From the IMG/VR virus record IMGVR_UViG_2974511964_000001, positions 73,974 through 137,973 of that record: a DNA stretch of 64,000 nucleotides; one strand, 5' to 3'. The notes below the pieces were generated by a model. It saw only the letters and a program-made list of their open reading frames with translations, ran no database searches and had not been told where the DNA came from. The position numbers were made by a program, and so were the translations under genes. The stretch comes from a virus. Its lineage: Duplodnaviria; Caudoviricetes. Positions 10,203 to 21,566 of this stretch are shown here, one piece after another. The number at the start of each line of letters is the position of its first letter. Positions within the stretch are counted from its first letter, which is position 1.

Positions 10203-10832
10203 ATGGGATTATCAAATCGAGACAAGCGGATTTTAGCAAGTAAACAAATTTACATGAGCAGATATAGCTTTCCATATCATGAGATGGCTGAGTTTCTGAA
10301 CTCCGATAAGTTTATTAATATGTCTATTGGAGACATTATTGAAACACCTCAGCTAGGAGAGGGGTTGTACGTAGACTACATTAAACGTCCCAAGTTAAAG
10401 AGTCACCTTGATAAAGAATTTGTAGAACTGTCTTTAACTAGTAAAAGACTAGACACTTTAAAATATTCTAACAAATGCATTTGTTGTGGGCTAGAAGGAG
10501 TAGCGTTTAATCCTAGTATGTCATCATGTACTAAAGGGTACAGAGGGCATATTAACCTTTACAGCAATAAAGGAGTATTATTTACAGTTGACCATTTAAA
10601 ACCCCACTCTCTGGGCGGACGAACAGAAGCAGATAATTTAGTAACTTGCTGTATTGAGTGTAATAACTTGAAGGGTTCAACCTACAAGCCGTGGAGCTGG
10701 ATTCGAGAACAGATTTTAAGAAGTAAAGGCGATATTAATAAACTATCCAACCAGCTAACTGGTGGGGGCCATTCAACTAACTACTTAACAAGCGTTTACG
10801 AAAGAATTTTATGGGAGGAGGATAACAAATGA
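10203..10832 (+). CDS. HNH endonuclease
   Basis: CICCG..TVDHLKPHSLGG..NLVTCCIECNNLKG. Confidence 0.85.
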   Translation: MGLSNRDKRILASKQIYMSRYSFPYHEMAEFLNSDKFINMSIGDIIETPQLGEGLYVDYIKRPKLKSHLDKEFVELSLTSKRLDTLKYSNKCICCGLEGVAFNPSMSSCTKGYRGHINLYSNKGVLFTVDHLKPHSLGGRTEADNLVTCCIECNNLKGSTYKPWSWIREQILRSKGDINKLSNQLTGGGHSTNYLTSVYERILWEEDNK

Positions 10833-11245
10833 GAGTTAAGGACACAAAAGTAGGTCAAAAATTATACCTTAATTACTATGATTCAGACAAGGACAAAGTG
10901 ATTCAGAAAGAAGTGTATGCTACTAAGGTAAACACTCAGAGGCTCTATTTCAGTACTAATCCCCATACTGATAACCTTTCTTATCAGTGGGTGAAATCTT
11001 CTGGTAAGTACCCTAAGATATACCGAGCAAACTTTTTAGAAATGTATTATTTATCGGATATTCCAGAGTTCACCGGATACTGGGAAAAACATATCGAGCA
11101 ACGAGCATACTACCATAAAACGTTGACAGAAAAGCTTAATGCTATGCTAATGGAAGGTAACACTAAGAAGCTAAGATTAGTAGCGGATAAACTAGATTAT
11201 ATTGACAGATATACAACAAAAGATTATTGGGAAGAAGGAAAATAA
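10829..11245 (+). CDS. Hypothetical protein
   Basis: ORF with GGAGG RBS. Confidence 0.6.
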   Translation: MRVKDTKVGQKLYLNYYDSDKDKVIQKEVYATKVNTQRLYFSTNPHTDNLSYQWVKSSGKYPKIYRANFLEMYYLSDIPEFTGYWEKHIEQRAYYHKTLTEKLNAMLMEGNTKKLRLVADKLDYIDRYTTKDYWEEGK

Positions 11246-11247
11246 TA

Positions 11248-11730
11248 ATGACAAATCAAAAGACAGCTTACTATGCCGGAGGTTGGTTTAATGATGTACA
11301 GTGTAAACTATTATCCGATGGAAAGAAAGCTTTAATTGCTAATTCTACAGTTGACTTTGACAACTCGTATGTACCATTAGAACATCAATATAAAGGGCTA
11401 GACGTTGATAGCCACCCTGAATTAATGCAAGACCAAGAATGGCAAGCTGGCACCTATCTAGGAGATGTATCAGGTATCTCTGGCACAGACTTAGTGGTAG
11501 CTTTTATTGACCCTGATGAAGTAGACCCCGGGACTACGTTTGAAATGGGATATGGTATGGCTATTCACAAGCCAGTGGTGGTTGTTATTCCAGATAAGCC
11601 AGAAGGAGAAGTTACCGAACTTAATCTAATGGTAGCCAAAGGATGTACCCAAGTAATCACAATGAGTGAATTAGTGACTTTTAACTTTAACCTTATTCCA
11701 GCTAAGCCATATTTAGGTAAAGTATTTTAA
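11248..11730 (+). CDS. Nucleoside 2-deoxyribosyltransferase
   Basis: YYAGGWF, DPGTTFEMGY and LNLMV motifs; start moved to ATG 11248 downstream of the RBS. Confidence 0.85.
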   Translation: MTNQKTAYYAGGWFNDVQCKLLSDGKKALIANSTVDFDNSYVPLEHQYKGLDVDSHPELMQDQEWQAGTYLGDVSGISGTDLVVAFIDPDEVDPGTTFEMGYGMAIHKPVVVVIPDKPEGEVTELNLMVAKGCTQVITMSELVTFNFNLIPAKPYLGKVF

Positions 11731-11792
11731 ATAAATATTGACAAAGCATATCAGAAATTGTATGCTTTTATTATAGAAAGAAGGAATAAAAT

Positions 11793-14183
11793 ATGAGAGT
11801 CATTTATTGTACAGTAGGAATGCCAGCATCTGGCAAGAGTACATTTTTGAAGCATTCACCATTAAAAGATTATGTGGTTGCTACTGATGAGTTACGTAAA
11901 CTGGTATCAACACCACAAATTAATTATACACCTGACACTGATGCAATTACTGTTGGGTTAAATAATGACATTAATAAAAAGATTTGGGATATGACTTATA
12001 CACTGGTTGAGGATAGAATGAAGAACGGTGAAACTATTGCAGTTGATGCAACTTTTCTGTTTAAGTCTCCCTTCTCAACTATTAAAAAGTTATGTAAGCT
12101 ATACAATTATCGTTTGATTACAATTGATTTTATTAATACCGGATTATCTTTTGAACAATTATTAGACCGAAATAATAATATTGACCGAGTGCAAGAGCAC
12201 AAGGATGTATCTTATGATACTATGAAGAAGTTCTGGAATCGCCAGCAGAATATCACTGTCCCTAACAACTGGAACATGATTAAACCCGAAGAGCTAGAAC
12301 AATCATTAGCTTGGCACTGCTCCAATGTTGACAACTATAAACAAGTTATCGTTATTGGGGATATTCACAGTAGCTACACAGTATTAACTGCTGCTCTTAA
12401 AGACAATGACCCAATTGATAACCCTGATAAGTTATATGTTTTCTTAGGGGACTACTTAGACCGAGGAACTAAACCAGCAGAAACATTCAAGTGGCTATAT
12501 GAACGCAAGGATTTACCTAATATGGTTCTACTACGAGGTAACCATGAGTATCATTTAGAACACCACTACCAAGGACTACCTATCACTAATAGTGGTGCTC
12601 GTAAGGAAACAATTCCAGCATTATATAAAGCAGGTATTACTAAGGAAGATATTCGTAAGTTTGTCCGTAAGCTACAAGATGTTTACTATATTGAATATCA
12701 TGGTCAAAAGTATTTATTCAGCCATGCTGGGGTTCCTACAACCCCTGAGTTTTTAAAGACAACCACAGGCATTCCACTATTTGTGGATACTAAAATTGGC
12801 TTAGAAGAAATTAACCTATTAGATGAATCTGTGTTTACTAAGGGTATTGGTGGTTTTAAAATTAATCTAGAACAATACAATCATGATTATAGTAATAGCA
12901 CGGTTTACCCAATTCAAATTCACGGCCACCGCAATGTTCAGCTTAACAAGGCTAAGTGGGATAATACCATCAACCTAGAACAACAAGTAGATACTGGGGG
13001 TAACTTAGCCATGGTAGTGCTAACGGGTGATAAGCATGAGATTAAGCTGGTTAAAAATAACGACTTTGACTATGCCTACGCTACTGACAAGGCCGATATT
13101 GATTTAAATATCCTTAGTAATGAACAGGTTAAAGACATTATGGAAAGAACCAAAGGGATTAGACAGAAACGTGATGCTAGTGGATTAACTGCTAACAACT
13201 TTACCCCAGAAGTTTTTTATGGTGATAATTTTAATAAGTTTAGTGTAACTGCCAGAGGTCTATTTACTGACAGCAATGGTGATGTGCAACTACGTGGGTT
13301 TAACAAGTTCTTTGTTCTCGACCAGCGTCCTGAAACCAAGCTAACCGCAGTGCTAAAGAATGCTAAATACCCTGTGGTTGCTGCTAAAAAGTACGATGGT
13401 CACTTATCCTTACTAGGGTGGTACGACGGGAAGCCCCGTATGTTTACCAAGAGTGGCTCGACTAATCTAGCCAAGGTTGACTGGCATAACTTTAGTCGGT
13501 ACCTGCACGATATTGATAGGTATACATTCATGGAAGACTGGCTAAAATTGCATCAGAATAAGACGATTTTAATGGAGTCTCTTAACGAAGCCGAAGATGC
13601 TCACTTAGTGGATACTCATGGTAAGGTTGGCTTTAGATTGTTAGAAGTAATTGAAAATAAGTATGAGCCTACTGGTGGACGTAATTTCACAGATACTAAC
13701 TTGCTAACCGCATTACTAGGGGAAACTGACAAATGCTACTTTAAGATGGCTGAACGGTATGAAATTGCTAATGACAGGGAATTAATGGAACTAATTAATA
13801 GTTCTAAACAAACTAACTACAAGTTGCCATTGGGTAGTTACTATCAAGGGATTGACCCAACTACTTATGAAGGTTGGGTATTGACATTTGCTGATGGTTT
13901 TAAGATTAAGGTTAAAAATGCCTATTTCTTAGCAATCAAAGAATTTCGTAATAAGCTAGAAGTGGCCTTAGATAACCCAATGTATTATAAGGGTAACGCT
14001 TGGAATAACCTAGTTGACCGCAGTTATAATGAACAAGCTAAGCGATTATTAAGAGCTGTTGCTGGTAAAGAGTTTGCACCTTTCTTTGAAAATCGAGATA
14101 AAATGAGTAATATTGACCTACCACAAGCTTTGAAAGCTACTGGGCTAGACCATAATAAGATTGTTGAAATTGTGAGTGACTAA
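11793..14183 (+). CDS. Pnkp-like trifunctional RNA repair enzyme: polynucleotide kinase + metallophosphatase + RNA ligase
   Basis: P-loop GMPASGKST; GDIH, GDYLDRG, GNHE and HGH phosphoesterase motifs; KYDG ligase motif I, EGWV and KIKVK. Confidence 0.85.
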   Translation: MRVIYCTVGMPASGKSTFLKHSPLKDYVVATDELRKLVSTPQINYTPDTDAITVGLNNDINKKIWDMTYTLVEDRMKNGETIAVDATFLFKSPFSTIKKLCKLYNYRLITIDFINTGLSFEQLLDRNNNIDRVQEHKDVSYDTMKKFWNRQQNITVPNNWNMIKPEELEQSLAWHCSNVDNYKQVIVIGDIHSSYTVLTAALKDNDPIDNPDKLYVFLGDYLDRGTKPAETFKWLYERKDLPNMVLLRGNHEYHLEHHYQGLPITNSGARKETIPALYKAGITKEDIRKFVRKLQDVYYIEYHGQKYLFSHAGVPTTPEFLKTTTGIPLFVDTKIGLEEINLLDESVFTKGIGGFKINLEQYNHDYSNSTVYPIQIHGHRNVQLNKAKWDNTINLEQQVDTGGNLAMVVLTGDKHEIKLVKNNDFDYAYATDKADIDLNILSNEQVKDIMERTKGIRQKRDASGLTANNFTPEVFYGDNFNKFSVTARGLFTDSNGDVQLRGFNKFFVLDQRPETKLTAVLKNAKYPVVAAKKYDGHLSLLGWYDGKPRMFTKSGSTNLAKVDWHNFSRYLHDIDRYTFMEDWLKLHQNKTILMESLNEAEDAHLVDTHGKVGFRLLEVIENKYEPTGGRNFTDTNLLTALLGETDKCYFKMAERYEIANDRELMELINSSKQTNYKLPLGSYYQGIDPTTYEGWVLTFADGFKIKVKNAYFLAIKEFRNKLEVALDNPMYYKGNAWNNLVDRSYNEQAKRLLRAVAGKEFAPFFENRDKMSNIDLPQALKATGLDHNKIVEIVSD

Positions 14184-14258
14184 ATTAAAATAATGTATTG
14201 ACAAAGGATACCATAGATGGTATCCTTTTATTATAGAAAAAGAAAGAAGGATACTAGT

Positions 14259-14690
14259 ATGAGTAAATATGTAATTGCGTTAAATGAAGACGTTGAAATT
14301 TTAGATGGTGAACAGTATGACACGCTAGATGATGCAAAGGGTGTTGCTACTTCAATTTTAAAACAGCTAAGTTCTGATACCTCCAAGACTCTTGATGACT
14401 ATGAAGACTTAGTATGCGAATATCTAGCTGATGAAGACGAAACTGTTGACAGTTTAACAATTTTAGAGATTACCCCAGCTTGTTTCCCTGATTTTGGGGA
14501 TATGATTTTAGATGGGCTAGCGGATTATAGTATCAGTGAAGGCAATATTGATGAGGAATACCCGGAAGCCACAAGTAAAGAACAAGATGAATTAAATGAA
14601 CTCGTAACCAAGTGGATGACTGAAAAAGGATATACCCCTAACTGGTATAACACAGAATCTGTATGTTTAGTAGAATTGGAGGAAAAATAA
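14259..14690 (+). CDS. Acidic hypothetical protein
   Basis: ATG at 14259 after GAAGGA; the track's upstream start lies inside the promoter. Confidence 0.6.
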   Translation: MSKYVIALNEDVEILDGEQYDTLDDAKGVATSILKQLSSDTSKTLDDYEDLVCEYLADEDETVDSLTILEITPACFPDFGDMILDGLADYSISEGNIDEEYPEATSKEQDELNELVTKWMTEKGYTPNWYNTESVCLVELEEK

Positions 14691-14691
14691 A

Positions 14692-15907
14692 ATGAAAATT
14701 AATGACAACCGTAATGATGACTGGAAGCTCGGGGATGTTTTATATGATAATATTTCTGAAAATTACTATTTAATTGCAAGCTACAAGCACGAAATAGGAT
14801 TAGTTAATTTAGAAAGCGGGATTTCTGTGCTATCCCATAATCATGATGAATATCGTACTATCATTAACTCAGATAATTCAAATAAAAATGTGGTAAAACA
14901 AATTTTGAAACATTACAATGGAAAAGAAGATTTAGTTAAGATTGACAATGCTTACTTGAATGTGGAGGATTAATAAAATGAAAATTGATTATGATAATGC
15001 TAAACACGATAATGATAAATATAATACTGCTAAACAGGATTGGAAAGTAGGGGACATAATCCAAGATGACCTCATTGGCGGCGGTTTGTTTATGGTAGCT
15101 GAGGTTCCTATTGATGACTATGTTCTCTATACGTTGATTAATTTAGAAGAAGGGCGTAGCTTGGTATGTACTAATACTGTTAGTGAACTACAACAAACCT
15201 ATCAGGAAAAGGGTGATAGGGTTCTTAACGGGACTTTTAAGTATATTGGTGGGGATGACAAGTAAGGAGTAATTTTATGTATAAAATTAGGATGACTGAT
15301 AAAGCTCATAAAGTGTTTGGTGAGGTTAAATAATGAGCTGGTTTAATAGAAATAAAAATTGTCCGTATTGTACTCAAACAATGCCTTTTATGAGTAGGGA
15401 AGGGATTGAGTTGAGGATTGTATATGGTAACCAACTATTTACAAGTTATGAAAGTAAACAGATTAATATCACTATTAACTATTGCCCAATGTGTGGTAGA
15501 AAGCTGATGGGAGTTAAATAATGGAACAGCTAGATTTATTTGATACAACAACTAGTACAACTACTAAGAAGGTTACCCGTAAGCGTAAACGTAAGGTTAA
15601 GGTAACCACTACCACCACCACTACCACTACACAGCCTATCAACCAGCTACTTGTTGATGAAGAGTCAAAGCTAAAAGAACTGTTATCTCAGCCCAAACAA
15701 TTCGATGCTCTGAGAGGGGCTATAAGCTGGTTTAAGTCCAAACAGTATACTTGGTACTGTAACACGGTAGAACGTCCTGAGCGAGCTCTGAGGGGTCTTC
15801 AAAGCCATTTGAACGTGTCTGACGATAAATTTTATAAGATGTTGCTTAATGACAAGGTAATGGTAGGGTTAGCAAAAGGAACCTATTTAGTTTATTATAA
15901 AAAATGA
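14692..15907 (+). CDS. Four small hypothetical genes (14692-14973, 14978-15265, 15333-15521 Zn-ribbon, 15521-15907 Thr-rich)
   Basis: Closely packed ORFs with RBSs; DWKxGD motif shared by the first two; CPYC/CPMC in the third. Confidence 0.55.
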
Positions 15908-15971
15908 GTTGACAAAGCATATCAGAAATGGTATGCTTAATACATAGATTAAATTGAAAAGAGGTGATAAA

Positions 15972-17108
15972 ATGTATAAAGCATATAAAATTAGAATTTA
16001 CCCTAATAGACAACAAGAAACACAAATATTATTAACATTTGGTCATACTAGATTTGTTTGGAACCAAATGTTAGCCATGCAACTAGAACGCTATAAGAAT
16101 GGTGGTAAGTTTGTTAATGCTTTTGGTATGAACTACCTATTGACGCAGTTAAAAAAGGAGTACTCGTGGCTAACTGAATCTCCTAATCAAAGCTTACAGC
16201 AGGTATGCAAAGACTTATCAGATGCTTTTAAAAATCTGTTTGGACATAGAGCGAATAAACCAAAGTATAAGAGTAGAAAATACCCAAAGCAGAGTTATAG
16301 GTGTAACCAGAGGATATCGTTAGTAGACGGTCACCATATCAAGCTACCAAAACTTAAGACTGTGTACTACCGTTCTGGTAAAGAAATTAAAGGAAAAATT
16401 AAAAGTGTAACTATTCGTAAATCACCAACAGGTAAATATTATGCTAGCGTTCTGACTGAAATAGAGATTAAACCTTTAGCGAAAACCAAACAAGAGGTTG
16501 GAATTGATATGGGAGTTAAGGATTTAGCAATTACTAGTGATGGTACTAAATACAGAACTATCCGCTTTGATAAGTTATTAGCTGATAAGAAGCATTATTG
16601 GGAAGTACGGTTAGCAAGACGCCAAGCGTTAGCTAAGAAAGAAATAGCATGGGATAAACACAATAGAGTATTAGAACCCAGAGAGTTATCAGATTTTAGC
16701 AACTATATGAAAGCCAAACTAATGGTAGCTAAGTACAGTGAGAAGATAGCTAATCAAAGGAAAGACTATCTTCATAAGATTAGTACTGAGTTAGTAAACC
16801 AGTATGATGTTATCAAGGTTGAAGATTTGAAAGCTAGCAATATGATGAAAAATCACAAGCTATCACGAGCGATTGCTAATCAATCATGGAGAGAGCTACG
16901 TTTGATGTTAGAATACAAGTGTGAGTGGTATGGTAAAAAATTAGTGGTTGTTAGCCCATACAAAACCAGTCAAATTTGTTCATCATGTGGATATGATGAT
17001 GGCAAACATACCCTAGATGTTAGAGAATGGGTTTGTCCTAATTGTGGAGCTAAGCATGATAGAGATATCAATGCAGCTAAGAACATTCTAAAAGCAGAAG
17101 CAAAGTAG
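15972..17108 (+). CDS. tnpB: TnpB RNA-guided nuclease, IS200/IS605 family (no tnpA)
   Basis: KAYKIRIYP N-terminus; RuvC GIDMG / VEDL / DRD; CSSC..CPNC zinc finger. Confidence 0.92.
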   Translation: MYKAYKIRIYPNRQQETQILLTFGHTRFVWNQMLAMQLERYKNGGKFVNAFGMNYLLTQLKKEYSWLTESPNQSLQQVCKDLSDAFKNLFGHRANKPKYKSRKYPKQSYRCNQRISLVDGHHIKLPKLKTVYYRSGKEIKGKIKSVTIRKSPTGKYYASVLTEIEIKPLAKTKQEVGIDMGVKDLAITSDGTKYRTIRFDKLLADKKHYWEVRLARRQALAKKEIAWDKHNRVLEPRELSDFSNYMKAKLMVAKYSEKIANQRKDYLHKISTELVNQYDVIKVEDLKASNMMKNHKLSRAIANQSWRELRLMLEYKCEWYGKKLVVVSPYKTSQICSSCGYDDGKHTLDVREWVCPNCGAKHDRDINAAKNILKAEAK

Positions 17109-17231
17109 AAACACAATGTAAGGCTAGGGACTAGCCGTGGTAAAATAGTTATAGCCTCTGTATACTGCTAGTTTAGGGTATATAAGTTGTAATGTTCCCA
17201 GAAGCTCGTTACTTTAGCAACGAGTAGTTCA
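17109..17231 (+). ncRNA. omega-RNA / IS605-type right end of tnpB copy 1
   Basis: GGCTAGGGACTAGCC hairpin, GGTAAA...GTTCCCAGAAGCTC, subterminal hairpin ending GTAGTTCA; near-identical to the sequence after copy 2. Confidence 0.75.
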
Positions 17232-17284
17232 TCAATCGTGCTATGCAGGAAGCTAATCACATCCGAAGAGAGGGTAGGGTAATT

Positions 17285-17620
17285 ATGCATAATTATGGTA
17301 GGACTAATAAATTTAAAACTGTTAAAACAAAGAGCCTTAAAAATTACACCGGTATTAATGATGCCACAGGTGAACCAATCTATGTTGGGGATGTCGTTGA
17401 AAGAGTGCTTGATATGAGGAATGCATACTCAGCAGGAGAAAATAGAGATAAAGAGAAATTCCCGGACTTTGATAAGATGGGTGAACCATTTAAGGTTAAG
17501 CGTGATTGCTACTTGTACGGCCATTGGATTGCTAAAAGTGTAGCTGATGGCGACAAATTTGGTGTAGATGGGTTCCACTTTGGTAAAGAATTACTAAAAG
17601 TAAATGGAGGAAACAAATAA
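17285..17620 (+). CDS. YopX-like protein
   Basis: YTGINDATGEPIYVGDVV motif. Confidence 0.5.
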   Translation: MHNYGRTNKFKTVKTKSLKNYTGINDATGEPIYVGDVVERVLDMRNAYSAGENRDKEKFPDFDKMGEPFKVKRDCYLYGHWIAKSVADGDKFGVDGFHFGKELLKVNGGNK

Positions 17621-18738
17621 TGAAAGTAATTAGTACAGATAAAGCGACCTTCCGATTAATGGCCGGGGATGACTTAGTAGTAACAGATAACTTACCAGTA
17701 GGAACATACGAAGTGCAATTTTCTATGCGGCAAGGATATTGGTTAACTAAGCGAGATAATTTTGCTATTGGTAACAAGAAAGTATATGGCAACCAGCCAG
17801 AACGGATTAAGAAGATTTTTCATAACTTTAATAAACGTGATTCTAACTTAGGCGTTATGCTATCAGGAACTAAAGGTATGGGTAAAACTTTGTTCTCTAA
17901 GATGGTAGCTCAGGAAGCTATTAAAGAAGGTATCCCAGTAATTAATGTGGGTAACAATTATCCCGGTATTACTGATTTCTTAGATTCGATTAAGCAGGAA
18001 GCATTGGTTTTAATTGATGAATTTGAAAAACGATTCCCAGCTGATAGTGATGATAGTGATGGTCCTACTCAAAATGACTTCTTAACATTGTTAGATGGGA
18101 CAGCATCTGCTAAGCATCTCTATGTAGCAACTGTGAACAATTTGCAACGGATTAATGAGTATCTAATTAACCGTCCGGGTCGTTTCTACTATCATTTTCG
18201 ATTCAACTATCCTAGCTATGAAGAAGTTACTGCTTTGTTAAATGATGCAATTTCTGATGAAAACAAGGATAAAATCCCTGAGGTTCAGCGGTTAACCTCT
18301 AGTGTTAGCCTAAACTATGATGCTTTGTTAGCAATTGCTAATGAAATTAACGAAGGCTACGGTGTTAAAGATACTATTAGTGACTTAAACATTCAAGCTG
18401 ATGGTAATTATGAAAGCTACAAAGCTATGGTTACTTTTAAGAATGGTGAAACCTTTACAGTAAAGGCTTCTAATTCTAATGATGAAAGCACCATGTCAGT
18501 GTACGGGAAAGGCAATCAAACACCTAGGGAATGGTCAGCTAAACTCGAATTAGGTAAAGGAACTGTTAAACCTGATGGGACTATTGTATTCCTAAACAAT
18601 GGTAAGGGTATTAGAAGTGCTAAGTATGACGATGTGGGTAATAGCGATGAATGGAACGATACCTCTGAAAACCCGATTACTAAGGTTTTATTAAAGCGAG
18701 ATGTTAAGGACAGTTATGCATTCAATCAGTTTTACTAG
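17620..18738 (+). CDS. AAA+ ATPase
   Basis: Walker A GTKGMGKT, Walker B LIDE, NRPGRF. Confidence 0.85.
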   Translation: MKVISTDKATFRLMAGDDLVVTDNLPVGTYEVQFSMRQGYWLTKRDNFAIGNKKVYGNQPERIKKIFHNFNKRDSNLGVMLSGTKGMGKTLFSKMVAQEAIKEGIPVINVGNNYPGITDFLDSIKQEALVLIDEFEKRFPADSDDSDGPTQNDFLTLLDGTASAKHLYVATVNNLQRINEYLINRPGRFYYHFRFNYPSYEEVTALLNDAISDENKDKIPEVQRLTSSVSLNYDALLAIANEINEGYGVKDTISDLNIQADGNYESYKAMVTFKNGETFTVKASNSNDESTMSVYGKGNQTPREWSAKLELGKGTVKPDGTIVFLNNGKGIRSAKYDDVGNSDEWNDTSENPITKVLLKRDVKDSYAFNQFY

Positions 18739-18809
18739 AATTTAAAATAAGTGTTGACAAGGGATACCAGAGATGGTATCCTTTTAATATAGAAGGAGGG
18801 TATTACTTA

Positions 18810-19556
18810 ATGTTTAAATGGGTTAAGAAAGTAATGAATATCGGTGACAATAATAGCAATAATGACTTAAATGACAAAGGCTTACAGAGTGATTTAAATG
18901 ACCTATATATTGTCTATGATAAAGTGATTAATGATAAGCGCTTTGGCACTTGGGAAGACTCTTATGACTACCTAGAATCGTATGAGATTAAGAACATTAT
19001 TTCTGATAGTATGAAGCTTACTAGCAATCACCCAGAACTATTATTGCATTTGGGTAAGCTTAATGAGTCTGTATTTCAACTAAAGATGGCTACTACTGCT
19101 TTACTAGACATTTATGATAATAAGGATAGCCTAGCTAAAGATGTGTATAAGCAACAGAAAAATGATGCAAAAGATGTTATTAACAAATTAGTACAGCGGA
19201 TTGTAGACATTAATAAGACACTTTCTGGTATGTATAGAGATGATAACTCGTCTACCATTAGCTTTTTAAAGAAACAGATGGGTATAACTGTTGACAATCC
19301 CCAAGAAGAATATGAGAAATTTTATGACTGGCTAGTTGTTGAGAAGTATCCCCGTCTGAACCCGGTCATTAAGTATTTATTGTTAGGAGCTAAGAAGGGT
19401 TACTATAGTGCAGATACACTAGAATCTGTCTTGTCAAATAACCCTACAATAGATGACCTAAAGAAAATAGTGGAATATCTTATTAATACTGATAATGACA
19501 ATGAATTACGTATTAAGCTAAGAGACAAGGATTATGACGAGATTGTAAATTTTTAA
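18810..19556 (+). CDS. Hypothetical protein upstream of telA (possibly XpaC-like)
   Basis: Helical ORF in the telA operon; family assignment from context only. Confidence 0.5.
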   Translation: MFKWVKKVMNIGDNNSNNDLNDKGLQSDLNDLYIVYDKVINDKRFGTWEDSYDYLESYEIKNIISDSMKLTSNHPELLLHLGKLNESVFQLKMATTALLDIYDNKDSLAKDVYKQQKNDAKDVINKLVQRIVDINKTLSGMYRDDNSSTISFLKKQMGITVDNPQEEYEKFYDWLVVEKYPRLNPVIKYLLLGAKKGYYSADTLESVLSNNPTIDDLKKIVEYLINTDNDNELRIKLRDKDYDEIVNF

Positions 19557-19627
19557 CTAAGGGAAGACGAGCTATCTTCACTAAGCTTAATGGTACTGGT
19601 GTATTCCCTACAGTAACGCCTACCTTA

Positions 19628-20413
19628 GTGCCGGATAGTTTCTTAGCCTTTGACGAGGCTAACAGTTACTTAGATAAACAGCAACGCTCATTAGACTATT
19701 TGGACCGTATTCAAAAATTGGCAGTGATTACTAAAACTAGTATTGACATTAATAATACAAATGGGTATAATAGAGCAGTATATATTAATAAATTAAATCA
19801 TCTTAGTAAGCTACCAACAACTAGTATTGTGTTTACTAAATCAGCTCTTAAAGAACATGTGGGTAAGCCTATAAGTGTAGCTGAGTTTAAAGACTTAGCT
19901 GATGAGCTGAATAGTGATGATGACAGTATGCAAGTGTCAGTTGAAAGTCAAGTTGGGCTACTAATAGTAGAACCACAATCCCAAGCAGAAGCTATGCGTA
20001 AACTTATTCGTAAATTTTGGGAACAAGGACATACCATGAATGGCGATTGGAAGGTTCCAATTGTTTCAGGTCAAGATGCTAAGTTTGTTAATATGAACAT
20101 AAGCATGGGTGAGTCGAAAGGTGTAACGAGTGACCAAGCCGAAGACCTTTATGAGCAAGTAAAGAAATTAACTAATGACCCAGAGTATGAAAGACAAATT
20201 GACAATAGGATTGAAAAAGCATACGCCAATAAACTGCGCTCTGATAAGTTTTTAAGAGAAGAAGACTTTACGGTATACCCTGAGTTCATGGATGGCACAA
20301 ATAAGCAGATAGAGCATGCAGCGCAACACAATATTGATGCTATTAATAGTGTATTTCATACTAATACTGCTAAATTTGTAAATACTAAAGAAGAAAAGGA
20401 TGAAGAATATTGA
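19628..20413 (+). CDS. Hypothetical protein; start uncertain, may be a frameshift continuation of 18810-19556
   Basis: No RBS before GTG 19628; the frame is open back to 19538. Confidence 0.5.
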   Translation: MPDSFLAFDEANSYLDKQQRSLDYLDRIQKLAVITKTSIDINNTNGYNRAVYINKLNHLSKLPTTSIVFTKSALKEHVGKPISVAEFKDLADELNSDDDSMQVSVESQVGLLIVEPQSQAEAMRKLIRKFWEQGHTMNGDWKVPIVSGQDAKFVNMNISMGESKGVTSDQAEDLYEQVKKLTNDPEYERQIDNRIEKAYANKLRSDKFLREEDFTVYPEFMDGTNKQIEHAAQHNIDAINSVFHTNTAKFVNTKEEKDEEY

Positions 20414-21498
20414 ATAATTTAATTATTAATGCTGATAACATGGAAAACTCAACAGTTGAGAATAATGAAGTTAGCACCCAAGTAGACAGCTTAGAATTAA
20501 CTGATGACAGTATTGCTAAGTTTGGCTTAGATGTCCAACGTGGCGTTGGTGAATTAACTAGTGAAATCACCCAAAGTACCAAGAATAAGAATGCGGGGGA
20601 AACTGGTGAAGCAATTACCGCCTTAATGAAAATTATTCGTGAAAACGGCAAAGAGGAAGACCAGGGTGGTAACATTATTACCCGTTTGTTCCGCAAAGGT
20701 AAGAACTCTGTATATAATATCCAAGCTAAGAATCAAGCGGTAGACAAATCTATTGATACTATTTCTACCAAACTATCAGATTCCCAGACTGAGCTGAGCC
20801 ATGACAATGAAACACTAGACAAGATGTATGAGCAGAACAAGCAACAGTTTCAAGCCTTAAATGAACTAGTTGATATTGCTCAGGCCAAATTAAATGAGCT
20901 AGAATCGTCTATTATTCCAGAGTTAGATAACTACATTAAAACGACTAAGGATAGCGAGGATAAAATTAATGAGGCCACAATTAAGCTTAATGAATACCAG
21001 AATATGCAGTCAGCTTTGAGCCGTAAACTTAATAATCTAATTGCTTCTCGCCAACTAGCGTTATTACGAGCGCCTAAGCTAAAGACTTTAAAGCAAACTA
21101 ACTTAACAGTCATTGATAACTTACAGAGCTCAATTAACTTTGCAATTCCACTGTGGAAACAGCAAGCAGCAGATGCTATCCTATCTAGTCGTCAACAGCA
21201 GGCTATTGAGGTTCAGAAGTTCATGACTGAGCAGACTAATAAGATGATTGTATCTGGGGCCAATAATGTTCGTAAGGCTACTTTAGAGGCTCAAAAGCAG
21301 AGCAATGAATCCTTTGTATCGGCATCTAAATTAACACAAGCTACTGATATCTTGCGAGATACTCTCGTACAAGTGCAAAGCTTACAAAAGCAAGGAGACT
21401 CTTTACGCAAACAGGAAGCTAAGGACTTGCTACAGTCTGGGGAACACATGAAAAGTGTGGCTTTAGACTTGATGAATAATAATAAACTAATTGAATAA
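20410..21498 (+). CDS. telA: Toxic anion resistance protein (TelA family)
   Basis: Coiled-coil with IDTISTKL..L..DN.TLDKMYEQN and AIPLWKQQ motifs. Confidence 0.8.
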   Translation: MNNLIINADNMENSTVENNEVSTQVDSLELTDDSIAKFGLDVQRGVGELTSEITQSTKNKNAGETGEAITALMKIIRENGKEEDQGGNIITRLFRKGKNSVYNIQAKNQAVDKSIDTISTKLSDSQTELSHDNETLDKMYEQNKQQFQALNELVDIAQAKLNELESSIIPELDNYIKTTKDSEDKINEATIKLNEYQNMQSALSRKLNNLIASRQLALLRAPKLKTLKQTNLTVIDNLQSSINFAIPLWKQQAADAILSSRQQQAIEVQKFMTEQTNKMIVSGANNVRKATLEAQKQSNESFVSASKLTQATDILRDTLVQVQSLQKQGDSLRKQEAKDLLQSGEHMKSVALDLMNNNKLIE

Positions 21499-21566
21499 AA
21501 TAATTGACAAAGCATACCAAAAATGGTATGTTTAATACATATATTAAATTGAAAGGAGGTGAAAGT

